33,264 bases of DNA from Octopus bimaculoides (taxonomy: Eukaryota): positions 69,686,736-69,719,999 of the forward strand of contig NC_068988.1 of the NCBI RefSeq assembly GCF_001194135.2, read 5' to 3'. A program made the position numbers and the translations under genes. This document shows positions 9,760 through 20,229 of this stretch, in pieces (positions within the stretch are counted from its first letter, which is position 1; each line of letters opens with the position of its first letter). The notes beneath the pieces are model-generated. The model worked only from the letters and a program-made list of their open reading frames with translations. It was not told where the DNA came from and did not search any database.

Positions 9760-10070
9760 AAGTGACTGAGACTTTTGGAAATATGCTGTACTTGAGAAGA
9801 CTCATCAAGCCAAGTAAAAATGTAGTCATGGCCTATTCTGGTGTTCCATAACTGGCACCTGTACCAGTTGCATGTGAATGCACCTGTGCTGATGGCATGT
9901 AAAAGGCACCCATTACACTCTTGGAGTGGTTGGTGTTAAGAAGGGCATAAAGCTGTAGAAACCATGCTAAATCAGACTGGAACCTGGTGCAGCTCTCTGG
10001 CTTACCAGTTCCAGTAAAACTGTCTACTCCATGCCAGCATGGAAAACAGACGTTAAATGAGGATGATGAT
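9760..10070 (+). mobile_element. Retroposon (SINE) with the shared (GAT)n tail, degenerate
   Basis: Body ...gcacccattacactcttggagtggttggtgttaagaagggcat... matches 27961-28197 (minus strand) and 7290-7456. Confidence 0.85.
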
Positions 10071-11000
10071 TACCAGAATAATGAGGAATTTTTATTTTGT
10101 AGCTAAGGGATTAAGGAAGGCATTATTGAGCAAAAGAGGCAGATTCAGTTGAACTATGTAGGGAGTTTCAATTGAGACAATGATGGAACCCTTTATTTTG
10201 TTTGACCAAGAAGAAACAGTCTACTAATGCAACAATTGTGTCAATGAATGCCTCCTTTTATTTGCTTGAACTGTATTTAATGATAGCAAAATCTCCTTCA
10301 GATCTCATCATCCTGTCTTGAAAACAAAGGAAGGACACAATAGATTATATATTTCTTGTTGTGGGGTGTCATGTCTCGAATACTTTTGCTCGTAGATTTA
10401 CTGAGTCAAACCTGATCTGGGGGTAACAACTACTACTGCTGTTGTTGTTGCTATAATAATAATAACAGCAATGACAATGGTTATAGTTTTGTTGTTAGAG
10501 ATGCATTATTTCTAGCAATATGACTAAGAAACTTGCTAACCAATGTTAGTTAAGTATGTTTAGTTGAATCAGAATGAAAATACGAATATCAGAAATTGTA
10601 ATCATAAATAATTCATTTTGTTCCAACGCAAAATCTGTTAATTCCAAGCACCAGATGCTATTCAGCTAATCTGACTTATGTTCTTTAATTTACTATATTT
10701 GACAAGTTATCATCTTACAAACCACATGATAATTAGAAATATACCTTCTATGATATACATACACACACACAAACACACACACACACTCATCTTCGTTACT
10801 TTCTTTTCTAGACAGACTCTTTCTCTCATTATACCTAAATCACTCTTCTCTTTCTTTCAATTCTTCTTTTGTGACAAAACACAACAGCAGTTAGCATATT
10901 CACATTTGATATGTATATATATATATATTTTTTATTTATTTATGCATTTCAGCCAAGCCGGTGTGGCCATGCTGGAGCACCACCATAATATATATATATA

Positions 11001-11066
11001 TTTTTGCATGAGTATATATAGAGGGTGATAAATTTTTTGCATGAGTATATATAGAGGGTGATAAAT
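11001..11066. repeat. Perfect 33-bp tandem duplication
   Basis: tttttgcatgagtatatatagagggtgataaat at 11001-11033 and 11034-11066. Confidence 0.95.
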
Positions 11067-11134
11067 TGAATATTAATTCGCTTTAAAACCAAGTGGTCTA
11101 GCATATAAAAAAATCTGAAAATTCAGAAAAATTG

Positions 11135-11330
11135 TATTACACATGTGTAAAGGATGACCACTAAGTGGACATCCAATATGCTAGAAATAGGTCATCAGCG
11201 ACCCAACCACAAAGAAAAATAATGTTCTCCAGAAAAAACTTCACAAAACACCAGAACAAGACAAAATGAGAAATATACAGCATGTCTAGCATATTGGATG
11301 TCCACTTAGTGGTCAACCCTTATACACATG

Positions 11331-11335
<5 letters not shown>
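11135..11335. mobile_element. MITE-like inverted-repeat element (arms 11135-11185 and 11285-11335)
   Basis: 31 bp perfectly complementary (tctagcatattggatgtccacttagtggtca), extending to ~51 bp with mismatches; TA at both outer ends; ~99-nt spacer. Confidence 0.65.
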
Positions 11336-11378
<43 letters not shown>

Positions 11379-11394
11379 TCATGCAAACAGATCT

Positions 11395-11575
11395 CTCTGG
11401 TGCTGAAGAAAGCACTCATGACATGCTGTGAAGTGATTGACTTTAGGAAGAACATAGAAACCATGCCAAAGAGGACAGTACAGTACAATGCAGTCCTAGG
11501 TCTGGTCAGATCCTGTCAAACTATCCAACCCATCACAGCATAGAATATGGGTATTAAATGATGATGATGATGAGA
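11395..11575 (+). mobile_element. Old truncated retroposon with (GAT)n tail
   Basis: ttaggaag...tagaaaccatgccaaa...ccaacccatcacagcatagaa...ttaaatgatgatgatgat. Confidence 0.7.
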
Positions 11576-11583
11576 TATATATA

Positions 11584-11614
<31 letters not shown>

Positions 11615-11879
11615 GTGCATACATATGTTACACACACACACACACACACACAAATATATATGCAAGTATTATACAAATAGGATTAAAATCCAAGCTGTGT
11701 CAGCTTGAGGCACATCTACCTATTCAGTATTCCAGATTTGTAATTGGGTGAGGTATGCATGTATCATTTGATTCTCTGTCTGAAGAATTTCTGGTAGATG
11801 ATATCATATGTTGTCTACTACATATACAGTGTAATGGTGAATAAAAATTATCCAAAAATGTTTCCAGTAACCTGTTTTG

Positions 11880-12155
11880 ATTGTGTGTGTGTGTGTGTGT
11901 GTGTGTGCATACCTGTGTGTGTGTGTTTGTGTTTGTGTCTCCTTACTTTGACAGTGTACATTAGTTGTAAATGAGCATCACTGTTATACAAGCAGTGTTA
12001 TTTGGTTCACATCTCAGTCATAAGGAAGTATTAACTTGTTTGGAAACAGGTGAGTTTCGTCAACAGGAAAAGCTTCTAGCAGTAGAAAACCTGCCTTAAT
12101 GAATTTCATTTGACCAATACAAGCATGGAAAATAGACTAATGATAATGATGATTG
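11880..12155 (+). mobile_element. SINE 3' half (GTCTCCTT...GGAAACAGGTGAG...AGCATGGAAAA, (GAT)n tail)
   Basis: Homologous to 21930-22165 on the opposite strand; preceded by (TG)n. Confidence 0.75.
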
Positions 12156-12944
12156 AGAACAAGGAAGATTACGATGGTGACTATGACACATGCATATATA
12201 ATACAATCTAATGTGATCAGGTGACGCTGTCACTGACAACTACTGACAGCTTCTTTGCATGAAATTCCTTAAATTGTTTGCATTACCAGAAAATATATAT
12301 ATGTGTGTGTGTGTTTAGATAGTAAGGAAGGCAGAGAGAGGGAGAGAGAGATAATCAATTAATTTATATGCAATAAAATCCATTCCTATACCAATACCAC
12401 ATGGAGAAATAAAAGTTGAAATGAAGTCAGGTGAAAATTCAGTAAATTGATATTTTCTTCAAATTGTATAATGTAAGAATTTGTGTTTGTGATAAAATAA
12501 GTAACATAAACTTGATTTTATTGATTTTTGGTATAAATATATTATGAATTCCATTGAGAGAACTGATGGTAAAACGCTGTTGACTTGAATGAGAAAATAA
12601 TTAAACAATATCAGTAAGTAAACCAAGGTACTCTATAGCAGCTAGTCCAACACTTGTCCTTCTGTGTCACTTCTCTAGTCACCATATTTAGGTTTCTGTG
12701 AAAACTAATACTAGTCCCATAGACTATTCAATCATTAATTCATTCAAGCTATTTTCCTTGAATTCATGAATTCTATTATTTCATTATTATTCTCTTTAAA
12801 TTGTCATTATCCGCTTTCATTTGATAGTTTCACTAACTTTTATGTGTTTATGATCTGTTTGAGCTATGATGATTAATTGGTATTCTGGGCATGGCTTGCA
12901 ACAGTTTCAATGACTGCAGCATTTTTCTCAATTCAGATACTCAC

Positions 12945-12985
12945 TTAAATTTGCAGATGTTTGTAAAGTGTTAATGTAATGGAAT
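12945..12985 (-). CDS. Candidate 41-nt exon (FHYINTLQTSANL)
   Basis: Strong donor GTGAGT (12944) and acceptor ttctatgttAG; one open frame, phase 2 to 1, compatible with the 7703 exon. No compatible upstream partner was found. Confidence 0.25.
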
Positions 12986-13182
12986 CTAACATAGAACCAT
13001 CAACAAGCACAAACAAAATTCTAGTTAAAATATGGAATAGCAGCAAACAAAAGAAAATATGAACAGACAAATAAATAAAATGGTAATACAACAATAAAAC
13101 ATTCTTCAACATGATAGTGACTTTTACACACAACTCTGGAGCAGAATATGCAAATATACTTTGGCAGGTAGTTAAATGTTGT

Positions 13183-13213
<31 letters not shown>

Positions 13214-13344
13214 TTTCTTTTTGAACTAGTCACAAACAAACCTTTGATTGCTTTTGTCTGTCTCATTTGAATGGACAGTACAATAGAATTTCAATACTTC
13301 TATATTACTATTATTGAGCAGCAAATACTATGAAAGTGATACTG

Positions 13345-13706
13345 GGTTACAAATATATGAAGCTCAATATACTCATCATGACTGCTTGTCTGATAAGGGT
13401 GCATCAGGTATATGCATTATAACAATAGGTGCACAACATGGTGACCTCATATCAAGATAAACAGAACATGACTTTGCAGGTGAGGCCCAGTTAGAATTTT
13501 TTTCAGGTTGAATAGCCCATCCTGCTCAAAAGGTCCCTGAATAAGGGTTGTTTAAGGACAATGAACAAAACACCCATGTTTCCAGGGGTGCATTATTCAA
13601 ATCCCATACAATCCCTCTCAACACATGACTGTGATGCTCCCCAACTGCTTCTGCACATGATCAGCAATGCATATATTGTCAGTCACTAATGGACATGCTC
13701 AAGTAG
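13345..13706 (-). mobile_element. SINE-like interspersed repeat of a distinct family
   Basis: GC-richer ~360-bp block (ttgagcatgtcc.ttagtg head; ctgggcc.cacctgcaa.gtcatg body) that I recall as an octopus repeat; single copy in the window. Confidence 0.55.
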
Positions 13707-13920
13707 TGGAGGAGGAGGAGGAGAAGGAGTGTTGAACAACATACTTCATGGTATTTTATACTTTATCTTTATCTTCTGGATTTGAATCCCACCAAAGTCA
13801 ACTTTCCTTTCATTGGGGACTGATATAATAGTGTACTGGAGGTGAAGATATTATCTACCCACTTGTCTCAAAATTACTCATCCAAATCAGAAACCATTCA
13901 CTTTACTAGGATCATTCAGG

Positions 13921-14100
13921 TCAGTATCACAATGCTGAGCTGTATTATCAGTTTGACACACTACTTAGAGTTAATCTATTACACAGTATGACATACTTTT
14001 AGAAACACAATGATGGATTGTAACACAGTGTGCCATTTTGCCTACAGAATTATCATGTTGTGTTGTGACATGTTGCTTACAGTATCACTATGTTGAAGTA
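13921..14100. repeat. Degenerate ~45-bp minisatellite, block 1
   Basis: Unit approximately cagtatcacaatgytgagctgtaacacagtgtgacatattaccta; recurs at 14898-15055 and 15444-15510. Confidence 0.75.
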
Positions 14101-14109
14101 TAGGTGCAG

Positions 14110-14892
14110 CATGGGTGTGTGTGGTAAGAGGCTTGCTTTCCAACCACATAGCTTCCAGTTCAGTCCCACAGCACAACAACTTCTGCTATAGCTCCAGACT
14201 GACCAAAGCCTTGTGAGTGGATTTGGTAAATGGAAACTGAGGGAAATCCATCCTGTTTGTGTGTATGTGAGTGTGTGTGTATTAATCAATGTGTACTGTA
14301 TTATATACCAATTAATAAAAATAATGGAGAAAAAGACAAGTAAAAAGCAACTGCAGGGATGTGGTATATGCAAAATATTAATAAGGTGCTCAGAGTAGGA
14401 AAAAAAGAGTGGTTGTTTTACATTTTGAGCAAAGCTCTTCTTTGGAAAGCGGAGACATACGAAAGTCCAAAAGAAAAGGAAGAAAGAGGAAAAAAATCGC
14501 CAACAGCCCATGTGTAGTTACATACACATATATGTATGTATGTATGTATGCATGTACATACAAATATGTGTGTTTGTGTGAGCGTGTGTGTGTGTGTGTG
14601 TGTATGTGTGTATATCTGCATGTATGTGTGTATATCTGCATGTATGTGTGTATATGGGTATGTATGTATGCATATATGTATGTATGTATGTATGTGTGAA
14701 TTTGTATGTTTGTGTTTGTCCCCAACCACTAGTTGACAACTGGTGTTTGTTTATTTATGTCCCCTTAACTTGGTAATTCAGTGAAACGCAATGAAAAGAA
14801 TAAATACCAGGCTTAAAAAGTAAATACTGGGGTCAATTCTTTCAAGGTAGTGCCCAAGCATGGCTGCAGTCTGAAACAAGTAAAAGCTAAAA
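14110..14892 (+). mobile_element. SINE family A with expanded internal microsatellite and a foreign insertion (~14281-14505)
   Basis: Head 14110-14280; 3' half 14705-14892 (gtttgtcccc...gcatggctgcagtctgaaacaagtaaaag). Confidence 0.85.
14335..14450 (-). mobile_element. Penelope-like terminal-repeat remnant with decayed minimal hammerhead
   Basis: Minus strand reads CCAAAGAAGAGC-UUU-GCUC-AAAAUGUA (14445-14419) versus the canonical CUGANGA(A)GAGC...GCUCGAAACGUH. The downstream sequence is homologous to 6691-6790. Confidence 0.5.
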
Positions 14893-14897
14893 GATAT

Positions 14898-15055
14898 AAC
14901 ACAGTGTGATGTTACTTCTAGTATCACAATGCTTAGCTGTAACACAGTGTGACATATTACCTACAGTGTCACAAAGTTGGATTGTAACACACAGAATGAC
15001 ACTTTATCTACAATATCACAATGTTGAGCTGTAACACACAGTAATATGTAGTATA
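14898..15055. repeat. Degenerate ~45-bp minisatellite, block 2
   Basis: About 3.5 units of gtatcacaatgcttagctgtaacacagtgtgacatattacctaca. Confidence 0.85.
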
Positions 15056-15059
15056 TCTG

Positions 15060-15442
15060 TGTGTTGGCACTCTGTCACTTACAATGTCGAGTGTTCCAGT
15101 TGATCTGATCAACGGAACAGCCTACTCATGAAATTAACGTGCAAGTGGCTGAGCACTCCACAGACACGTGTACCCTTATGTAGTTCTCGGGGATATTCAG
15201 CATGACACAGTGTGACAAGGCTGACCCTTTGAATTACAGGCACAACAGAAGCAGGAAGTAAGAGCGAGAGAAAGTTGTGTTGAAAGAGTACAGCAGGGTT
15301 CGCCACCATCCACTGCCGGAGCCTTGTGGAGCTTTTAGGTGTTTTCGCTCAATAAACACTCACAATGCCCGGTCTGGGAATCGAAACCGCGCTCCTATGA
15401 CCGCGAGTCTGCTGCCCTAACCACTAGGCCATTGCGCCTCCA
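15060..15442 (-). mobile_element. Young full-length tRNA-derived SINE
   Basis: Head GGAGGCGCAATGGCCTAGTGGTTAGGGCAGCAGACTCGCGGTCATAGGAGCGCGGTTTCGATTCCCAGACC with A- and B-box-like motifs, many CpG retained, and a ~300-bp non-tRNA body ending gagtgccaacaca. Confidence 0.9.
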
Positions 15443-15599
15443 CGATATTTTGTATATACTATCACAATATTGGGCTCTAATTAATACACTATGTGACATA
15501 TTACATACAACATAAGTAAACTTAACCACTCAGCACAGGATTATGAAGGTATTGAAGTGTTCTGTCTACTGTCAAACTCCAAAATGTCATGATGTTAAT

Positions 15600-15900
15600 G
15601 GTTATCATCCTTGATGATGACGAAATTGATGGTGGTGATGATTATAGGGTGGTATTAATGATGATGGTGATCATAATAGTTTCGATGATAATGCTGACAA
15701 TGTTGATGATGAGATGAAGATGGTGATAAAGAGTGCAGGAATGAGATGAGGGTCATTATCATTACTACTGTTAAAATTATCATCACAACAATGACAATGT
15801 ACAATAATGTTAAAAATCATCATCATGATCACCATCATCACTGTCATCACCATATTATCATCATTGTCACTTCATCATTATCAGCAGTAGTAGGAGGAGC
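15600..15900. repeat. (GAT)/(CAT) low-complexity trinucleotide region
   Basis: GAT-rich 15610-15750, then CAT-rich 15752-15880. Confidence 0.8.
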
Positions 15901-16084
15901 TTACTTAGGATTCTTTTCATTATGTTAATAATCATCATAATTCTGATCACACTAACCACCATGCTAATAAACACCACCATGCTCAGCCTGGTCACATTCA
16001 AGTTTGTAGTGGAGGTAGTGGAGAAGGCATGCGGTATGTTAATGATGATAATTGCTGCAGTCATTATCATTAATAAAGTGAAGG

Positions 16085-16300
16085 CAGTGAGCTGGCAGTC
16101 TCACTAGAGTGTCAGAAAAATTGTTTTGCAGTGTCTGTTTTGGTTCTTTACATTCTGAGTTCAAATTCCACCAAGATAAACTTTACCTTTCAACCTTTCA
16201 AGACCAATAAAATAAAGTACCTGTCTCGAATTGGAGCCATGTTTTTGAGAAGCAAACTTCCTACAGCACCACCATGCCTGTGCTTGTATGTATATAAATG
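16085..16300 (+). mobile_element. SINE family D (GAGCTGGCAG head; TTCTGAGTTCAAAT; CCTTTC...GATAAA.TAAGTACC body), degenerate
   Basis: Homologous to 19375-19587 (minus strand) and 29570-29720. Confidence 0.75.
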
Positions 16301-16447
16301 TGTAGTGCCATAGGAATACAAAGGAACATTTCTCTACTTTTTTTCCAGTAGGAGAAACAGACTCAAATAAATGCAAATTAAAAATTGTCTAATCTAATGA
16401 ATTTTTCAATTTCCACATATAAATGAAAAACAAGAAAGACTCATTAC

Positions 16448-16495
16448 CTGTTCTAGTACTTTTTACTTCAGCTGACATACTAAGGTATACGATAG
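16448..16495 (-). CDS. Candidate 48-nt exon (IVYLSMSAEVKSTRT)
   Basis: Consensus donor CAG|GTAATG at 16447; weak acceptor cataAG; phase 1 to 1. Confidence 0.25.
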
Positions 16496-16838
16496 CTTAT
16501 GAACTTATAAGCATTGTGATTTTTGTAGTGTTATCGCATAACTATTACTATTGCTATTCTAAATTCAGACAGTGACATTTCAGTACGATGCTCTTTGACT
16601 TTTTAACAATAGTTTCAATTCAAGTGTTGACCAGGAACATAAATATAAGTGTATAATTATTGAATGCAGAATACCATTTTCATTTCTCTCTCTCCCTCCT
16701 CTCTTTCTCTCACTCTCATTCCCCCCCCTCTCTCTCTTTTTCTCACACACACAAATGTAAGTTTAATGTTTAAATGGTGCATGCTGAGTGTAAACAAAAA
16801 TGACATGAAATTGAGAAGAGGTATGTTTTCATAGAAAA

Positions 16839-17594
16839 TATGAGGTGATATCAAAAAATTCCTGGACTAGTTCTGTAGCACACCAACAAATGGAGGCACA
16901 TGGTTGAATGCACAGTAAGAGCTAGCAGTGACCTTCATGAGGCAGTGTGCCAAGTGACATCACTGTGTTTACTTCGCAAGTTGTGAAATTTATGTTTTTG
17001 TACTCATGTGTATTCTGTAGTCTGAGATTTTGTCCTGGACAGAAACAAAGAGCCAACATGAAATTTTGCGTTAAACTTAGGAAGACTGCTATAGGGAGAT
17101 TGAGCATACTTCAGCAAGCTTACAGTGATGAGAGAATGAGCCATACGCAATGTTTTGAGCGGCATGGGTACTTCAAAAGCAAAAGAATGTACCTGGAAGA
17201 CGATAAGCAATCTGAAAGACCTGCCACAGACGTCACCCCTGGAAATGTGGTCTTGTGCATCAAGATCATCAATTGACAGTTCTACTGAAACGTTCTGAAG
17301 CGTTTGAGGAAGGACATTTAGCAAAAGTGACCAGATCTGTGGATTCTTCACCGAGCTCTCCTGACTCAAGAGTTTTTCACCAAAAGTAACATAGTATTGC
17401 TTCCACACCTGCCCTATTAGCCAGACGTAGCACCTGCAGACTACCATCTCTTTCCCAAAAGTAGCAGGATGGCTGGGACCTGTGGACTGCTGTGCAAGGT
17501 GACTATTTTGAAAGTAATGTTGCTATAACTTTGGTAAATAAGTTATTTTTTATTAAACATGACTAGTCCTGGAACCTTTTGGTACCACCTCGTA
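16839..17594 (+). mobile_element. Internally deleted mariner element (756 bp including terminal TA)
   Basis: 33-bp termini tatgaggtgatatcaaaaaattcctggactagt and actagtcctggaaccttttggtaccacctcgta are complementary at 27 of 33 positions; TA at both ends. Confidence 0.92.
17040..17460 (+). pseudogene. Mariner transposase remnant (N-terminal HTH region fused to the YSPDLAP region)
   Basis: QRANMKFCVKLRKTA...LQQAYSDERMSHTQCFERH..FKSKRMYLEDDKQSERP, followed by PHLPY*PDVAPADYHLFPK at 17403-17460. Confidence 0.9.
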
Positions 17595-17704
17595 TAACTA
17601 TAACTATAAAAGAGAGTTTGATGCGCATGCGTGTATACGTGTGCACGCGCATATGTTCCTTATGCATTCCAAAACCGAGTTGCTGATTTTGATGTAAGGG
17701 GTAT
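17595..17704 (+). mobile_element. Probable Helitron 5' region
   Basis: tataactataaaagagag...ccttatgcattccaaaaccgagttgctgattttgatg resembles non-autonomous Helitron 5' ends; runs into the gap. Confidence 0.45.
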
Positions 17705-18613
17705 NNNNNNNNNNNNNNNNNNNNNNNNNNNNNNNNNNNNNNNNNNNNNNNNNNNNNNNNNNNNNNNNNNNNNNNNNNNNNNNNNNNNNNNNNNNNNNNN
17801 NNNNNNNNNNNNNNNNNNNNNNNNNNNNNNNNNNNNNNNNNNNNNNNNNNNNNNNNNNNNNNNNNNNNNNNNNNNNNNNNNNNNNNNNNNNNNNNNNNNN
17901 NNNNNNNNNNNNNNNNNNNNNNNNNNNNNNNNNNNNNNNNNNNNNNNNNNNNNNNNNNNNNNNNNNNNNNNNNNNNNNNNNNNNNNNNNNNNNNNNNNNN
18001 NNNNNNNNNNNNNNNNNNNNNNNNNNNNNNNNNNNNNNNNNNNNNNNNNNNNNNNNNNNNNNNNNNNNNNNNNNNNNNNNNNNNNNNNNNNNNNNNNNNN
18101 NNNNNNNNNNNNNNNNNNNNNNNNNNNNNNNNNNNNNNNNNNNNNNNNNNNNNNNNNNNNNNNNNNNNNNNNNNNNNNNNNNNNNNNNNNNNNNNNNNNN
18201 NNNNNNNNNNNNNNNNNNNNNNNNNNNNNNNNNNNNNNNNNNNNNNNNNNNNNNNNNNNNNNNNNNNNNNNNNNNNNNNNNNNNNNNNNNNNNNNNNNNN
18301 NNNNNNNNNNNNNNNNNNNNNNNNNNNNNNNNNNNNNNNNNNNNNNNNNNNNNNNNNNNNNNNNNNNNNNNNNNNNNNNNNNNNNNNNNNNNNNNNNNNN
18401 NNNNNNNNNNNNNNNNNNNNNNNNNNNNNNNNNNNNNNNNNNNNNNNNNNNNNNNNNNNNNNNNNNNNNNNNNNNNNNNNNNNNNNNNNNNNNNNNNNNN
18501 NNNNNNNNNNNNNNNNNNNNNNNNNNNNNNNNNNNNNNNNNNNNNNNNNNNNNNNNNNNNNNNNNNNNNNNNNNNNNNNNNNNNNNNNNNNNNNNNNNNN
18601 NNNNNNNNNNNNN
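17705..18613. other. Assembly gap (909 N)
   Basis: N characters. Confidence 1.
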
Positions 18614-19082
18614 NGTGTTTGTGGCACACCAGACATCCATAATGCATGCCGTTTAAAAGGTATTTATATACAATTTCATTAAAAGATATCCATTTTCCTC
18701 AAAGTTACGAGGAAAAAACTCGAATCTTGTGAATCTTGTGAACTTTCCGAAGTCCTCACCGTGTTGCTTTCCGCGCACTTTTGTTTTCAGATTGGTTTTC
18801 TACGCCTTTTTTTTTTTCACACGTGGTGCACTATTCTTTTTCCGATTTCGTTTCAAGGGTAATGATGTCAACATTAACCCTAACTTCTGCTAAATCGGTG
18901 ACTTGCCATTTTTTTTTATAGCATAACTACACTGCAGAAAATATGTTTTGCCCTTATATTGACTAGATTTCGTTTCGCTTGAACTTTGTGTGTGTACGTT
19001 TTTCTGTTTTCAGTTTTATCAGTTGTGTGTGTGTGTGTCTGTTTCTGCGTTCATTGCATCTATAGTAAACAATATTTTATGC

Positions 19083-19650
19083 TGTTTTAATGAGCCCACA
19101 TCTAATGAAGTAGTCATCCTTATGGTTAGTGATCCCGTTGAAAACCATGATATTCTCATTCGTGTTCAAGATAACAACCTTAAACGTGTTTCACATTCTC
19201 ATTCCTCTTATGATGCTCTCCAGTATAATTTTATTCTGTGGAATAGACAGGACGGGTATTATTTCAATATTCCTCGTATTGAACCTGCAACAGGATAGCC
19301 AATTACAAACAAAAGGGTGTCGTCAAATGATTTCTATTCTTACCAACTGTTGTTAAGACCAGAACAATCAAATCCTTTCTACTACAGGCACAAGGCTTGA
19401 CATTTACGGGGTGAGGATTAGTCGATTACATCGATCCAGTATCTCACTGGTACTTAATTTATCGACTCCGAAAGGATAAAAGGCAAAGTTGACCCCGGTG
19501 GCATTTGGACTCAGAACATAAAGACAGGCAAAATACCGCTCAAGCATTTTTCCCAGCATGCTAACGTTTCTGCCAGCTCGCCGCCTTCCAGAACAATCAA
19601 ATCAATTATACATGTCAAATAAACTTTATTTTCATCTACATATTTTCTAC
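19083..19650 (+). pseudogene. Helitron Rep/helicase fragment, interrupted by a SINE
   Basis: FNEPTSNEVVILMV...DILIR...LKRVSHSHSSYDALQYNFILWNRQDGY...TG, then KRVSSNDFYSYQLLLRP. These match the Helitron motifs FNxPTxxEVA, RDIxI, H(R/P)SYD(A/P)LQYPL and FYSYRL. Confidence 0.88.
19375..19587 (-). mobile_element. Young SINE family D with perfect 16-bp TSD
   Basis: Head GGCGGCGAGCTGGCAGAAACGTTAGC; TSD ccagaacaatcaaatc at 19359-19374 and 19588-19603. Confidence 0.93.
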
Positions 19651-20140
19651 GTTATCTCAATAACCAGCTATAGTTATTTCAAATACACTTCTCTAAAACG
19701 ACCAGGTTTCGTTACAAAATGAAAATAGTTTCACACTTTCAATTTGAACCAAAATTACAAAGTGTTGCATTACGAAGGGTGATGATGTGTGAATAATGAA
19801 AGTAATATTTCGCCGAATTAGTCACATGTGTACTATAATAAAGAAAGTTGCTTATTATCTATCTACAAAATAAACTGTTTTTGACTCAACAATTCATTTT
19901 TACAACTAAAATAACCTTGGCAACTAGGCTGGGTCGCACAATTTTGAGGTCATTTTCGGACAATATTTTGATTTGCTTCTAATGTATCACTTTCGTCCGA
20001 TATTTCACACATGCGTAGAATTCTACTCAGACAAACATGTATAAAAATGTACACATGAATATTGTATTAAAATAAGCCACAACCGAAAATTTGCATTAAA
20101 ATACATCCATTTTTCTATAGGTTATGAGGAAATACAGCCT

Positions 20141-20143
20141 CTC

Positions 20144-20228
<85 letters not shown>
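20141..20228. repeat. (CTGT)n(CT)n microsatellite
   Basis: Direct reading. Confidence 0.95.

Positions 20229-20229
<1 letters not shown>

Noticed and set aside
10140-10282. Tc1-like MITE with CAGTTGAA termini
   Set aside because: Terminal complementarity is too short and degenerate to support.
12945-13020. 76-nt exon version ILFVLVDGSMLDSITLTLYKHLQI
   Set aside because: The protein-like frame ends in TAA immediately before the donor, and the other two frames contain stops.
14601-14655. 20-bp tandem unit tgtatgtgtgtatatctgca
   Set aside because: Higher-order slippage within the SINE's internal microsatellite; ordinary.
15370-15442. tRNA gene
   Set aside because: It has A/B-box-like motifs but no clean cloverleaf I could assign, and it continues into a 300-bp SINE body, so it is a SINE head.
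13921-15510. CRISPR-like array
   Set aside because: The units are contiguous degenerate tandem repeats without unique spacers, in a eukaryotic context with no cas genes.
15905-16070. Exon ending at the strong GTAAGC donor (15904, minus strand)
   Set aside because: The peptide is low-complexity (IRIMMIINIM) derived from GAT/CAT repeats, with no convincing acceptor.
17563-18656. Four 326-357 aa ORFs
   Set aside because: They consist almost entirely of X from the 909-N gap; the same applies to 32108-32606.
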